From contig OZ076411.1 in assembly GCA_964187785.1 (NCBI GenBank), forward strand, positions 34,720,001 to 34,784,000: a DNA stretch of 64,000 nt, given 5' to 3'. Made by a program: the position numbers and the translations under genes. Below are positions 25,938 to 39,100 of this stretch, in pieces (positions within the stretch are counted from its first letter, which is position 1; every line of letters starts with the position of its first letter). A model generated the notes under the pieces. It was not told the origin of the DNA. It searched no databases and saw only the letters and a program-made list of their open reading frames with translations. Source of the stretch: Amphiscolops sp. MND2022 (lineage: Eukaryota).

Positions 25938-28900
25938 TTAGTCTTTAGAGCTGCCTTCCTTTAACTCTTCAACGGCTTTTGAAATCTCAGAGGAAGATAA
26001 ATTGCCGAAGAAAGCCAGTTTCTGAGCTTTTCCAGACCCATTAAGGACACTGCAGCCTACAGTTGACGAGACTGACGAACACTGTGAAGGTATAGTGACG
26101 GCTTTGACAGGAGTAGGCTTGAGGCCTTTTTTTGTGGGTGGGAATCCCACACTACCCTAACAGATGCCGAAAAGGATACTGAGGGTGCTTTTCCGGCAAT
26201 TACTTCGCAGATTGTTTGAGGCCTCTACGAGAGGGGTAACTCTTCATGGAAACATGCGGTATAATTTTTTCTCCCGATCGTGCTCGAAAAAAAATCATTA
26301 GACCCTTCTGGAAAGTGGAACATCCAAAAGAATCAACGTGCGTCCAAGGATCACCAGCAAACTGACCGGAATTAAATTGTCCATTCAAGTCACGAATGTT
26401 ACTGATGGAAGTCTCGGAAGTACAATAGGCGACAGACTGCGAACAGTTTGTTAAAATAGATTCGGCAGGCAGGAGCATATCTTCAAGGCAACACTTGGGC
26501 TTGGAAGTATCTACTTCGTGGAACTTGATAGCTGGAAGATCAACCCCTCTCTCCGTCAAGCAAAAACAGCTAAGTCGGATTAAGTAAAATAAATTCTTAC
26601 GACTACGTAAGGCGGGGAGAACAATAAGGAAATTGACCACATCCTTCAGCTGCCCAAGCTGGTCCTTAAGTTGAGGGAAATTGAAACGGAAGTAATCAAC
26701 AAATTCCATGTACTCGTCGCGGTAATCAGACTCTGAGGAACGTTGCACCCATCCTCGCAAGCAAAAGGATTAAAATAAAGCCCCAAAGCAGAAAGTAACT
26801 TGTTTTATGGCCAAAGAAGCCAACACATGGGGGTCAAAACAAGCAAGCCCATGGACAATGTTAGCGGTAAGGTGGACATCCCGTAAAACCGTCTCAAGCA
26901 GAAAGACAAAGTAACCTCTGGCTTTTGCCGCGAGATTGTCTCTTTCAGTGGCCTGTAATGAATCAAATTCATCAGCGCTGATATTTGGGTCGCTGTGAGA
27001 CTAGCGAACTCTGACCTTACAAGCAACATCCACGTCAGTTGTCAGCTTCAATCAGTTTAGGAAATCCCGGCCGGAGAGCAGTCTCAGATCATCAGGACTC
27101 AAATATAATAGTCCAGTCCAGTTAGTGTCATCGGGGATGCATTTGGGGAGACCTGCGCGAGAACAGAGCTTCCGCAAGAATCGACCAAATTGTCCGAAAG
27201 TGAAAAAGGAAGCATCGAGCTGCCCAGACAGACTACGTTCAAAGCACTTGTTATCTAAACAACGCACTTATGAGGGAATATACTATGACATTAAGAATGA
27301 TCAGAAGGGCCATACTCACAATCGCGGATGATGAGGCCAAAGATCTCTAATTTGACAGGGAAGTATTCGTCCATCAGGACCATCCACTCCAGACTCTGTG
27401 GCTATAAAGAAAACCAAGACTGAGTCTCCGGATTTTGAACCCAATCGGAACTTAGGGAACTACAGTGTCCTTGCTCATAAACAATATGTCAACTCCAACT
27501 TAGACCTTAAAACTGTGGCCTTAGTGTCCGATTTTAGTTGAGAGAGGGGCAACAAGTAAATAGCCAATAACTTACTCTGTTACGGACTACCTGTCCAGCT
27601 TGGGAAGGCGCCTCGCGCGTCATGAAATTGCGAATATTTGCCCATTGCGCGACCATCTCTTCACAAAGACCAGGATTACTGTGTAAATCCAGGTCACACT
27701 CAGTGATGGCCTAGAAAACCCATAGTTTTTGCCAATACGTAGCTCTGAAAGGCCCCTCACCCACCTACCCTATCAAAAACTCAATCAAATTACTATCAAG
27801 AGAATGGAAAGGAAAGGATATTAACTTTTGACAGGTTGGGGCAGTTCAACATCCAAGTTTCGGTCAAGACTGCTGCTAAGGAACAGAGTTGGATACTTCA
27901 GCTGGGAAAAGAAGTCGAACTTTCCAAAAAAGCTGTCAAATTTCTGATGCATGAGACGTGGCAACGATAGGACCTCAAATCTGAAGGGGTATTGGATGGA
28001 ATGTTTAAATAAGTTACTCTGGTCAAGAGTCTGTAATACGGCCGAGGAACAACCGGACACGCTCACAAGGTTAAGCCCTGCGGGGATGAAAAACAATAGA
28101 CGGGAAATTGAACCAAAGACGTTCCCAGGATACGCTGAAGCAAAAGGATATCTTCATAACTCGACTCGTTGAATGACGTCTTCTCCCCAGAACCGGACGG
28201 CCATGTAGCAAAACTCTTTCCGACTAGTGAACTCCAGTGAGTAACTTCCTTCAGTGGTGATTAGCCCAGCGAGATCTTCAGTACAACGAAGGAAGATGTG
28301 GTGGAAGATTTTCTAAAACGAGACTTATTTTGAGAAAACTATTTAGTCAAGGAGCCCTACCCGACCAAGTAGGTAAAGCTATACTTACAGTGAGGTTATC
28401 GGATCTCCAATCGAAAACAGAAAAGAATCCCTGATGGCTAGAAAAGTCGCCAAATCGAGTCCATAAATTCCTGAGTAGGGATAAGTCTCCTCCATGCGGG
28501 ACGAAGGTACCGATCAAAGAAATTTGGGTGGTCATGTGCATTCGTCTGGATGCCACCAACGTGGCCACATAGTCGTCGTAGAAAGGGAATTTTCCCCAAT
28601 GTCCACGAGTGGAGCATCCATGAACAAAAGTTTCTCTTTCTCTAGCTGTAAAGGTGTCAGGACGTACCCATCCTTGCCACAGACTTGGTGGGTCACTTTG
28701 CCCGTAGTGGAACCCACTTCACTGAGATGTTCGTGTACCTCCACCTTTGATCTCGCCGCAAATGTCCCTGAGTTTTATAGTGCCGCAGTATTTCGCGGGC
28801 CCCTTTGGAGTAGATAGATATGTTTGTCTTACATATCTGACAGTAAAATGTGTAGCGGTTAAGCAGAGGATCGAGTGGTCCGGAGACGAAAGTTCTTGTC

Positions 28901-30068
28901 CATTGGAAGCCCTTAAAGTAAGAATCTTTCATAACCTTACCGGGTTTACAGAGCATTTTCCTTCGTTTGCAAGGAGGACTTGATTCAGCTGTGACTGGAG
29001 TCTGCGCCTGAGTGAGGGAAGCCAACGGACGGTAGTCTCCACTGCTGTAGATACTGCCGGAAATTGGAGTTAAGGCCCTAGTTGGGCTCCTATCACTTGG
29101 GACCATGTTCCATGTCTTGGAGGTAGAAACATTGGGTAAGAAACCTTCAGAGCCAGTTTCGATGTTACATATATCTTCATCAGTGTCGATGGCACCTTTG
29201 TGTAACCATCACTGTTGGTCCCCGAACATTCTCCTCCAGAGCTGGATTCATATCTTGGGCCGGGCGTAGCAGATCTCCGTGGAATGTTGCGAAATGGGCG
29301 TTTATTCAATGGAATTCCTTCAGTTACTTTTACCAGCAATGACTTCAACATGTGGAATGATGACAGTACCGAATCATCAGCTATGGTCCTCAAGATTGCA
29401 TGGACCTGACTTTCACTGAAGGCAACAGTTGCGTGACAACCAGGCAGATCGACTTGAACGTTCGTTGTGAAAAATTTGCGAATTACGTCTCTCCCAGTAG
29501 GCGAAAGTTGTCTCCCAGTAGAAAATACCTTGGTTCGGTAGAAGGCCTGCTCTGCGTCACTGTTCCCAGAAGAACGTTGGAGTTCTTCGTCAAAACCCGG
29601 AAATATGTCAGGGTCAAGGGTGAAGGTGCCTGGTTTGGCGGTGGGCGAATCAACTTCAGAACTATCGTACAGCTCGCCGGGGTCGCTAGTATCAGAGTAT
29701 AATGCTCACTGATCGGGGATCTCTGAATGGGTTTCTTCAGCACCCGGATCGGTCGTGGTCTGCGGAGGCACCACAGTAACCATTAAGGGATCCGACTCAG
29801 AACTCTTGACAGTTTCATGAAGACTTTCCAATGGTACCGGATCGAGTAGGGTAGCTTGGGAGGACGGGAACTGGGAGACTGTCCGCTCAATAAAAGTGAT
29901 GACGCTCTCATCAGTGGAACAGCCGAAATTGGACGCCTGAGATTCTGGCCGGACTTCCTTATCCAACTCAATTACTTCTTGAAGCACATCTCGGGGTTCT
30001 TCTTGTGTCTCATTATCTGGGACGATCACTGAATTGGTGGATTCTGGCAAATTCTCCTCGTTGGACAT
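25938..30068 (-). pseudogene. E1 antisense accessory gene: acidic N-terminus + CCHH zinc finger + hAT-transposase-like body (disrupted; coding region apparently intronless)
   Basis: MSNEENLPES... continues in frame past a lone TGA (29706-29708). Then FYCQICKTNISIYSKGAREILRHYKTQGH, GGDLSLLRNLWTRF, YMAVRFWGED, VSVSGCSS, GLACFDP and DPWTHV, all collinear with the E2 antisense protein. Confidence 0.8.
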
Positions 30069-31266
30069 ATCTAAACGGAAGGAGAAAAATTTTACCGGGT
30101 GACTTCCTGAGTATAAATCCACGAGACCTCTTTACAAATAATCTAGAAGTGAAACATAAACATACGGCAAAAGCCAACGCTACTTTGAAAATGGACAGGA
30201 AGCAATTGGACAGGAAGCAACAAAGAAGCCCGAGTTGAGTATTATCCAGAAGGAGTAGTTGATGTGAAGACTAATGGCTTTAGTCACTGTACAATGCTGG
30301 TTCAGGGAAGAAGTGAGCGAAGTCGCTGAAAAAATTTCCAGCTGGATAGGGGAAAGCAGTCCTCTGTCCTTGTATGACCAAGAGTTGCGGGTGATAAAAT
30401 GCTGGAAATTTGGCAGTAAGGAAAGTAAAACGCAAAGAAGACTAGAACGACTATACGACTAACTAGAGACTAGAAAGTACAAAATGATGAAAGAACTGAT
30501 TAATGTAACGATTGATGATTTGGAGAATTGAAAAACGATTATGAAAGCAGAGTTGGAGATCGTGGCAAACTGGATTTGATGTCAAATATTAACACAATTA
30601 TGGGTATTATTTTGAGGATGGAATCTGCCAGGGAAATCCACAGAGATATCTTTCGAAAGTCTTGTTTTATAATGGACTTATTAATTTTTACAATTATCAA
30701 ATTATCCCATTTATTCCCTTATTTGGATTATTGTTATTTCTTCCGCCATTTTGAAATGCGGACAGCGAAGACGATTCCTATTGGCTATCGCGGCGATGAG
30801 CCGTGCGTGGCCTTAAATCCTGACTAAGACCTCTTGAAAAATTCAAGTGGATATCAAGAGCTGATAAACACTTAAAGGTATCATTGATGGCTCCTAGCCG
30901 CATTAGGTAAACGATTGAAGTGATGGCGTAAACAGAGCGGCTCATTGGAATCATCAAATGATGTTTGGAAGAATTTATCAATACGAATGATTACCGGGAA
31001 AAGCAAGACCCCGGGAAAGGAATCACGAGTCTTGAAGTAAATCTCAAATGAAATCAGGTAAAGAAGTTATCATTCTCTCTCTTAAAGCCTACAAGTACAG
31101 TTGGTCTTACAACTAAAATTCATAAAGTTGATTTCAATCTGATACAAAATTGCAAACAAACTAATAAAAACGCGATAAATGGCTGATAGATACCCGCAAG
31201 ATTTTTTTGGCGCTGCCCCCTTGAAGAATAGAGCTGGTCTAATTATCCAGCAATGAAGAGGAGGAA

Positions 31267-32017
31267 ATGGACGCACTTAGTACAACGTCCGTGATGGACC
31301 TCCAACTATCGTCAGAAGATGAAGAATACGACGACGAACTCATGATGATAACTCAGTGCGTCAAAATGCAATTATCGGCGCCTATACCAATCCCCGGGCC
31401 TTCTACACCAAAAACGGACTGTTCTTACGTATTGGACAAGCCGTCAAAATACAGAAAGCCTAACTTGGCACACAGCCCGAGTCCCGTCCCAGATCAGTCT
31501 TTCTTCTCTTTGGGAAGGGGAAAAGGACCGATAAGGCGCGATGACCGCGTACGAAATAACCATTCGATAAAATTATGCAATGGATTAACCCCATTGGTAG
31601 ATAGAGACTCCAATGTCGCCTCCTCTAGAAGAAAGAGGACCTAGCAGCTTTTTCTTCCCTAACCATGCCGAACATCTGGAGACACAACAATCCTTGGACG
31701 GGATTACAAATCACTTCCAAGGAATGGGGCTCAGCGGATCGGGGCCATTAGTGATTTGCTTGGTTTGTGTGATATGCAGGAAGTCGACGATGCAAATACA
31801 GCAAGAAGCAGTGTCCGATTACCTGAATAAGACTGCTATTCACGGGGAAACGGCCCTAAAAGTCGAAGCGCGTAAGAGAGCTTTCATAGAAGGGATGCAT
31901 GTTGGCACAATTTTGCTCCTCCCAGGGGGAGTGTCGCAGGTGGCCGCCTGCGATTTTAACTTCTACACTTTCGACCACAGCTTACCTACTGCCCTACCCG
32001 AAACATTGCCTATATGA
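31267..32017 (+). pseudogene. E1 sense accessory ORF3 (frameshifted near 31630, 3' end cut by a deletion)
   Basis: ORFs 31267-31644 and 31613-32017. N-terminal MDLQLSSED...PSTPK resembles E2 ORF3 (LDLNLSSD...QSTPK) and sits in the same position. Confidence 0.55.
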
Positions 32018-33075
32018 CTGCAATCGTTGATAAATTTGAAAACATTACCTGTTTTTAATATTTGCAACACATGTAAAACATTTTATGTATTTGTATTTGT
32101 AGTGCGGTTAATATTTCGCAGCAAGCTATACTGACAGGCAGAAAGGAAACGAGTTCAAATGCTTGCCTGTTCAGTATAGCTAGCATAGCTGCATACGGCG
32201 AATTAGCCAATCAGAGCTTTTAGCCACACTTATAGTTGCTGTAATACCTTCATTTACTAATCAGTAGGGACCATCACGACCACTCAACCTAAGCGGTCTA
32301 ATTACATTTCGTTGATATGCTGTGCTATTTTTGAATGAACAGAACAAAGCGAGTACGGCCTTAATGACTAAATAGCCTTACTCGTCCAAACGTTACTAGT
32401 GCTATTATAGAGAAATAAGGCCCAATACGGCCAGCAGACTAAATGAGTACTCCCATTCATCAGAACCAATATGAAATCGGCGCTACCTTTGATGATGTGA
32501 TGATGAAATATATGTTATGAACTGCAGAGTATTCAATCTCATGTAAATATTAATATGTAGTGTTGCTTAAATAGTTAAATAGTCCCTTGCGGCCACAACC
32601 CGTACAGGGTCTGCATGAATTGTTACGCAAGTAAAACTGTTTCATACATGAATTTATGCTTGTAAACTATTTGACCTATACGCTGTGTGTCTTGTCGGAC
32701 GCTTTCATCTAGCCGCCCGAACAAGTCTACAATGACGTCATGTTGCTATTTATAGTCACGATTGTATCTATTTTTATCTTTTGTGCTATTTTTAGTAGCA
32801 TGACTGCCAAAATCATAGATGTCATGCTAACTTGGGTATAAATATGCCCAAGTTGGGCCTCAAAAATATTTATACTAGTGATACGGTTATTGTTCAGTTG
32901 CTCTTATACAAGTTGTACAAGATTTGCTGTGAAACCTAGTTCATATGGTCTCCGGGAACAATTTAATTATTTTCTCCTGGGTAAATATTTTCAATGCCCT
33001 CCACAATGAGACAAAAGGCCAAGGCCAGGAAGTCAAGAGAATTAGATATGCTTTCTGATTACGGTAAAATGGACG
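32009..33075 (+). repeat. E1 3' LTR copy B (truncated at both ends)
   Basis: Joins ORF3 at a CCTATA microhomology (equivalent to LTR position ~17936) and stops in the gag start (...AAAATGGACG). Confidence 0.85.
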
Positions 33076-34700
33076 GATTCAATATGCTGTCTTGTATCAA
33101 ATTCTACTTTGTTTTGTTAAAACAATTACTCTGCAAACTTCAATTCAAAATGGATAAATCCAAAAATCTTTTCATCAAGAGAAGCTAGAAAAGAAGAATG
33201 TCCTTCAAAAAAGCAACAAAAATAATCAGAAATGTACAGAACAACGACCCTAACAGAAGTCGTAACACCTATACAACTGCAATCGTTGATAAATTTGAAA
33301 ACATTACCTATTTTCAATATTTGCAACACGTGTAAAACAATTTCTGTACTTGTATTTGTAGTGCGGTTTATATTTCACAGCAAGCTATACTGACAGGCAG
33401 AAAGGAAACGAGCTCAAATGATTGCCTGTTCAGTATAGCTAGCATAGCCGCATACGGCGAATAAGCCAATCAGAGCTTTTAGCTACACTTATAGTTGCTG
33501 TAATACATTCATTTACTAATCGGAAGAGACCGCCACGACCACTCGACATAAGCGGTCTAATTACGTTTCGTTGATATACTGTGCTATTATTGAATGACCA
33601 GAACAAAGCGAATACGGCCTTAATGACTAAATACTTGTCCAAACGTTACTATTGCTATTATAGAGACCGATACGGCCAGCAGACTAAATGAGTACTCCCA
33701 TTCATCAGAACCAATATGAAATCGATGCTACCTTTGATGATATGATAACGAAATATATGTTATGAATTGCAGAGTATTCAATCTCATGTAAATATTAATA
33801 TGTAGTGTTGCTTAAATAGTTAAATAGTCCCTTGCGGTCACAACCCGTACAGGGTCGCATGAATTGTTACGCAAGTAAAACTGTTTCATACATGAATTTA
33901 AGCTTGTAAACTATTTGACCTATACGCGGTGGGTCCTTGTCGGGCGCTTTGATCTAGCCGCCCGCACAAGTCTACAATGGGTATAAATATGCCCAAGTTG
34001 GCCCTCAAAATTAATTACCCTAGTGATACGGTTTTTGTTCAATTGCTCTTATACAAGTTGTACAAGACTTGCTGTGAAACCTAGTTCATATGGTCTCCGG
34101 GAACAATTTAATTATTTTCTCCTGGTTAAGTATTTTCAATGCCCTCCACAATGAGACAAAAGGCTAAGGCCAGGAAGTCAAGATAATTAGATATGCTTTC
34201 TGATTACGGTAAAATGGACGTAATGTTAGGTGGAGGAAATTCCAGCTTTGTAGAAAGAGAATTGGATAGTCTTATTAAAGTCCCTGAAAGGCAACAGGAC
34301 TTTCAGTCCTTTCCAAACAGAGAAAACTCATCTGAAGAGAATGAGATTAGGGATATCGATAGTAGAAATGAACCTGTCAGAGAAGGTAGACTAATGGAGT
34401 CGATCAACATGTTATCTAAAGAAATGAATGCCAGAATGTTTCGTGAGATCGAAATGATGATAGACTTAATGCATACTCAAATTAGCAGAGCCATTGGCTC
34501 TGCCATGAGTGAGAGAATCATTCCAGAGATACAAAACATGGTGGAAAGCTTGCCTTTGAACCAGCATGGCGTTGAGCCGTATACGTCCAAAAATGAGGAT
34601 GGAACTAGAAATGTATGGAAGAACGCAAATACAAAATTAACAAAAAAGGACTCAAGGTCCGCTTGTGATCTAAGGGACCACACGGACAATGTTCCTTACA
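33076..34700 (+). repeat. E1 3' LTR copy C, ending ...CCTTACA
   Basis: Restarts at GATTCAATATGC (equivalent to 17745), carries an internal deletion of roughly 140 bp relative to B, and ends at the same CA as the 5' LTR. Confidence 0.85.
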
Positions 34701-34762
34701 GTTGGGTTTGCACGTCAGACATTGTTCCTGATTCCGTCACTGTACAACTCTGTTTCTTAAAC

Positions 34763-35211
34763 GGTATGCGGAAAACTCGTCGAAAACAACTTGTCGAAAT
34801 TAAAGGGCGGAAAACTGGTCGAAAATTAACTCGTCGAACAATAATTGAGTGCAAATTCGACGAAAAATTACAGATTACCCACCAGGATTATCCAGTGCTA
34901 ATTAGGGATTAATTTTTGTTAATTGATGCGTGAAATTTTCAGTTTCACGCATAAGATAGCTTTTTTAGTTATATAATTGCTTGAAATGTTTCACTTTTAC
35001 AGTTTACAGTGCAGTACATCATAATAATTTAGAACTTCATAACACGGTATGATCACAAAGTTAGCACTATATTTGCCTGAGATTATTTTCTGTTGTTGCA
35101 CGAGTTTTTCACCGGAGAGTTTTCGGCGAGTTGCTTTTCGACTAGTTTTCCGCCTAGTATTTTCGACCACTTGTTTCCGGCGAGTTGTTTTTGACGAGTT
35201 TTCCTAGATTC
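34763..35211. mobile_element. Foldback/Mutator-like MITE with long, internally repetitive TIRs
   Basis: Left arm GGAAAACTCGTCGAAAACAACT... is mirrored by right arm ...GAGTTGTTTTTGACGAGTTTTCC; 9-bp direct repeat TTCTTAAAC at 34754-34762 and 35212-35220. Confidence 0.6.
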
Positions 35212-35749
35212 TTCTTAAACTTTTTTTGAGGCTCATTCAAAATTTTTCCTGATTGATGCTTTAGCTGAGATAATAATTCATGCAACATATTTGATTCAAA
35301 AATGAAGAATATCTTCATTTTCTAATTGATACTTTTCCTCTACTTTAACTGAATGAAAGTGACATTAGATGTTGACGTCTTGTTCTCCTTTTTTGCTGTT
35401 TCCTAAAATTTTCTCAAACTGTTCTTCCGATCAACAAAATGAAGTTTCGAAAAGACGAGACTAAAAACTCTTCGACATATAAACATCAAATCCGTAAAAC
35501 TGTTCGAAAATGTTCTTTTCTCCTTGAACCCAATACAGGACTGTCTACCAATAACGTGCACGATTCAACCAATGGGTCATTTCGCCGATTTTAAAACGAT
35601 AATTCTCGCTTCTGTCAGATTGATAAAGTAACTTTAGAAAACCATGTGCTAGCTGGAGCGCTACTTCGAAAATCAGGCGCTTTTTGCGAAGCTGCGAAAA
35701 CTTTCTTGCGCTTTTGACATCCAACCTTCTTGCGCTTTTTCGGGAAAGC

Positions 35750-36106
35750 ACCCATGTCGTATCTCTGATGCGAGTCTACAGAGCTTTATCTCTGAAGTTT
35801 ACTAGAGATACGTTGAACAAAATTTGCTTTGGTACGTTTCTGACGTTCCCCAATTCAAGTTTGGGTTTCCTCTCTAGTCCCGGTGACAATAGGTTCACTT
35901 TTATGCCTAAACCACATTCCAGTCCTTCTATGCTCATTTGAAGTTGAGGGATCACTTTTTTGCTAATTGCAACGTCAATTGCTTGCAGATCGAACAATTT
36001 TGAGTTAGACTTCATTTCGTCGAATTTCTTGGTCATCTGACTTTTAGGTTCTTCATTCAAAGTGCCAGCATTTTCTAAAGTTCTCTCACTTTCAACTGCA
36101 CTGTTA
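35750..36106 (-). mobile_element. Distal part of an old LTR of the E1/E2 lineage, with a gag N-terminal remnant
   Basis: LQAIDVAISKKVIPQLQMSIEGL matches LTR-encoded E1 Gag (QISRAIGSAMSERIIPEIQNMVESL); reads as the continuation of the MPSTTKQ remnant ending at 55509. Confidence 0.5.
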
Positions 36107-39100
36107 GAAAAGAAGAAAGAAAAGAAAAGTTAATTTTTCCAGCTGTTCTGAATAGTTTGATTTATAATAAACACAAGGCAAAACATGAACATCCGAAACG
36201 GACGAGGAATGAGCGTAATCGCTCTTCAAGTCCTCGCCCTCAAGAACCAATTTTTAACACTTTTATTCATTAAATTTTTGAAGTACGAATACACAATTCT
36301 CTTTTAGAACAGAATAGAATGTAATTCCTTGTTATCTATGATATACAAATAACCTAATTTAGTAAGGTAGGCCCGAATTTTGTGTGAATTCAATTTGTTT
36401 ATGTCATTAGGTATCAAGTCCATCCACTTCAACCAATTGTACGTTTTGCGTAAAGTATTTTCGAGTGATTTCCGTTTCGTGACAGTTCTGCTATAAGTAG
36501 TGCTAAAGAGCCCTTTTGCCAGCCAACGTGTTGTCATAATTGCATCTGTAACATTTGGTATTTCTAGATACTGAACTGGTGACTCATTACGTAGTTGTTT
36601 AAAAAGTTCTTTAACTATTTCAAGAGTATAAAGTTCGTAGACAGTGAAAATTTTGTTATCTAACAATATATCTCTCAAGGAGTCAAATTTCTTTTTGAAA
36701 AACACTGCTCTCAAAATGCGTCTCTGAGCGTTCTCAATTTTCTTCAGATTGGTTTTAGCAGCTGATCCATACATACTTAGTCCATAGCAAATAATTGATT
36801 TGGCAAAAGAATTATAAAAATTAGTAGACATTTACGTGGATACATATGCCTTACTCTGTATATTAAACCACAGAATTTTTTAAGTTTTTTTGTGACATAA
36901 TCGAAATGTTCTCTAAATTTGAGGCTGCCGTCTAAATGTAATCCTAAGTATTTACATGCCTTTTGATAAGGTAACTCATTTCTCAAAATAGTAACTTTGT
37001 CTGGTTTGCCGCATCCAAAGGAGATTGCTTCACATTTATCTACGTTAACTGTTAGTTTATTTGAAACGAACCAATTTGTCATGTTTTTCAAGTCTTGTGT
37101 GATGAGAGGACTTGTTTTATCACCAGCGTTTAAAACTGTTGTATCATCAGCAAATGACTTTAATGACTTGGTGTAGATCGTTGATATATAAAAGGAAGAG
37201 ACGAGAACCTAAAACGGAACCCTGAGGTACACCTGTACAAATTCTTCGCTTAGATGATATAGAACAATCAGATGCCACAACCTGCCAACGATTATCGAGA
37301 TAACTTTTCACAATGTGATAGATAGGTCCTCTGAAACCGTACTTTTCAATTTTATTCAACAAAATATTATGATCCAGCGTGTCGAAAGCTTTCTGTAAGT
37401 CAATGAAACAAATTTGTCCAATACTTTTTCTATCAATTTCAGTTCCAATATACTCCGTTACAGTACTAATTGCATCGACACAAGACCTTTTTGATCTAAA
37501 ACCGAATTGAGTTGATGTCAAAATCTTTTCCTTTACACAGAATTTGACCATCCGTTTATGCAATAGCTTTTCAAACAATTTCCCCAGAGAACTAAGAAGG
37601 CTGATTGGTCTATAATTGGCTGGGTCCGATTTATCACCTTTTTTATGTAACGGTATGACTTTCGCCACTTTCAAACACGTAGGATAGGTTTTCTCCAAGA
37701 TGCATTTATTAAAGGCTATTGCTATATATTCATCCACAATGGGAGAACAGCACTTCAATATATCGTTACTGATACCATCCTCACCACAACTTTTCTTATT
37801 TTTCATCTTTTTAATTATTGATGTAACTTCAGACGCATTTGTGGGGTACACTACCATTGTGTTTTCAACTTGCTGTATTGTGTCACTATTGGTAACTTTA
37901 GGAAGATTTGAGGACAGTATTGAACCGATAGATGCGAAATACTTGTTCAAATCTTCTAAATCAGGTAATGATGAATGGGGTTGCTGCTGTTTCTTTACAG
38001 TCATAAGTGTCTTGTATATGGTTTTAGCAGTAGGATTATTTCCCAATTTGCGAAAATTTTCTTCTCGTTTTGATTCTCTGATGACTTGGGTAACGTAATT
38101 ACGGAATTGCCGGTATCTCTCCCTGTTCTCAGTACTCGAATTATCTAGCCATATCTGATACAATCGATCTCTTTTCTTTATCGCTTTCTTGATTTTGTTT
38201 GTAATCCATTGGTTTTCATTTTTAATAGATGGAACATTTTTCTCAGGAGCAACTTTGTCGACGCAATATGTGATTGTTTCTATCATCTGCGAGACAAATT
38301 CATCTACCGGAAGTGTTTGAGGTATCGATTAAAGTTTTTGATCGAGAAGGAACAGAAAATTCAAAGACCTGTCACCTTTCAGATTGTTTAAGTTACGGGT
38401 AATATCAGATTTTTCACATATCTTAGAATCATTTACTGGCACAGGTATTTTTACCAATACTGTATAATGATCGCTAATAGTCGTAAAAAGGGTTTGGGTT
38501 ACTATTTCGTTCTGCGTTATCAAATGGTCAATACAACTTTTCGACTTCGTTGTCACGCGAGTTGGTTCAAAATTACGAAGTTCGAAGGCATATGCTGCTA
38601 ATAGTGTTTCATAATTTTTTCTATCTGTGTCATCTTTCAGTGTATCGATGTTAAAGTCGCCAAAAATTACCGTTTCATTGCTTCGTGAATTCAAAAAATG
38701 TAGAAGTTTTTCTAGTTTTAGGAAAAACTGATTTAGCCGCAATGTTTCGGGCCTGTATATAACACAGATTGTTGTGGAATAGGTATCTGTAAACTGTACT
38801 TCAGTTATATTACACTCAATGTCAGAGGTGAACTCAATTGGCTTGTATTTAATGGGATTTTTCATAAAAGGCCACCCCACCAGACCTTTTCTTGAAGTTT
38901 TTACGAGGTACAGATTCAATTGGTTGGTAGTCTGTGAGAGTATATTTTTCAGCACTGTCTTCCTCTGCAATCCAGGTTTCAGTTGGTGCTAAAATATCTG
39001 GCTTGTGATCTATTGTTTCAAGTAATACTGTTCGCTCATCTTTGTGTTATCTAAGGCACTGTATATTCAGTCCAAGTATGATTCGATATGGTTGTGCTAA

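Larger units (their letters stand above)
17745..34700 (+). mobile_element. E1: giant (~17 kb) Ty3/Gypsy LTR retrotransposon, degenerate, with accessory genes and a duplicated 3' LTR
   Basis: LTR-type repeat at 17745-19464 recurs at 32009-33075 and 33076-34700. PBS at 19465; gag-PR-RT-RH-IN order; ~6 kb accessory region. The 5' boundary and TSD are unresolved. Confidence 0.85.
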
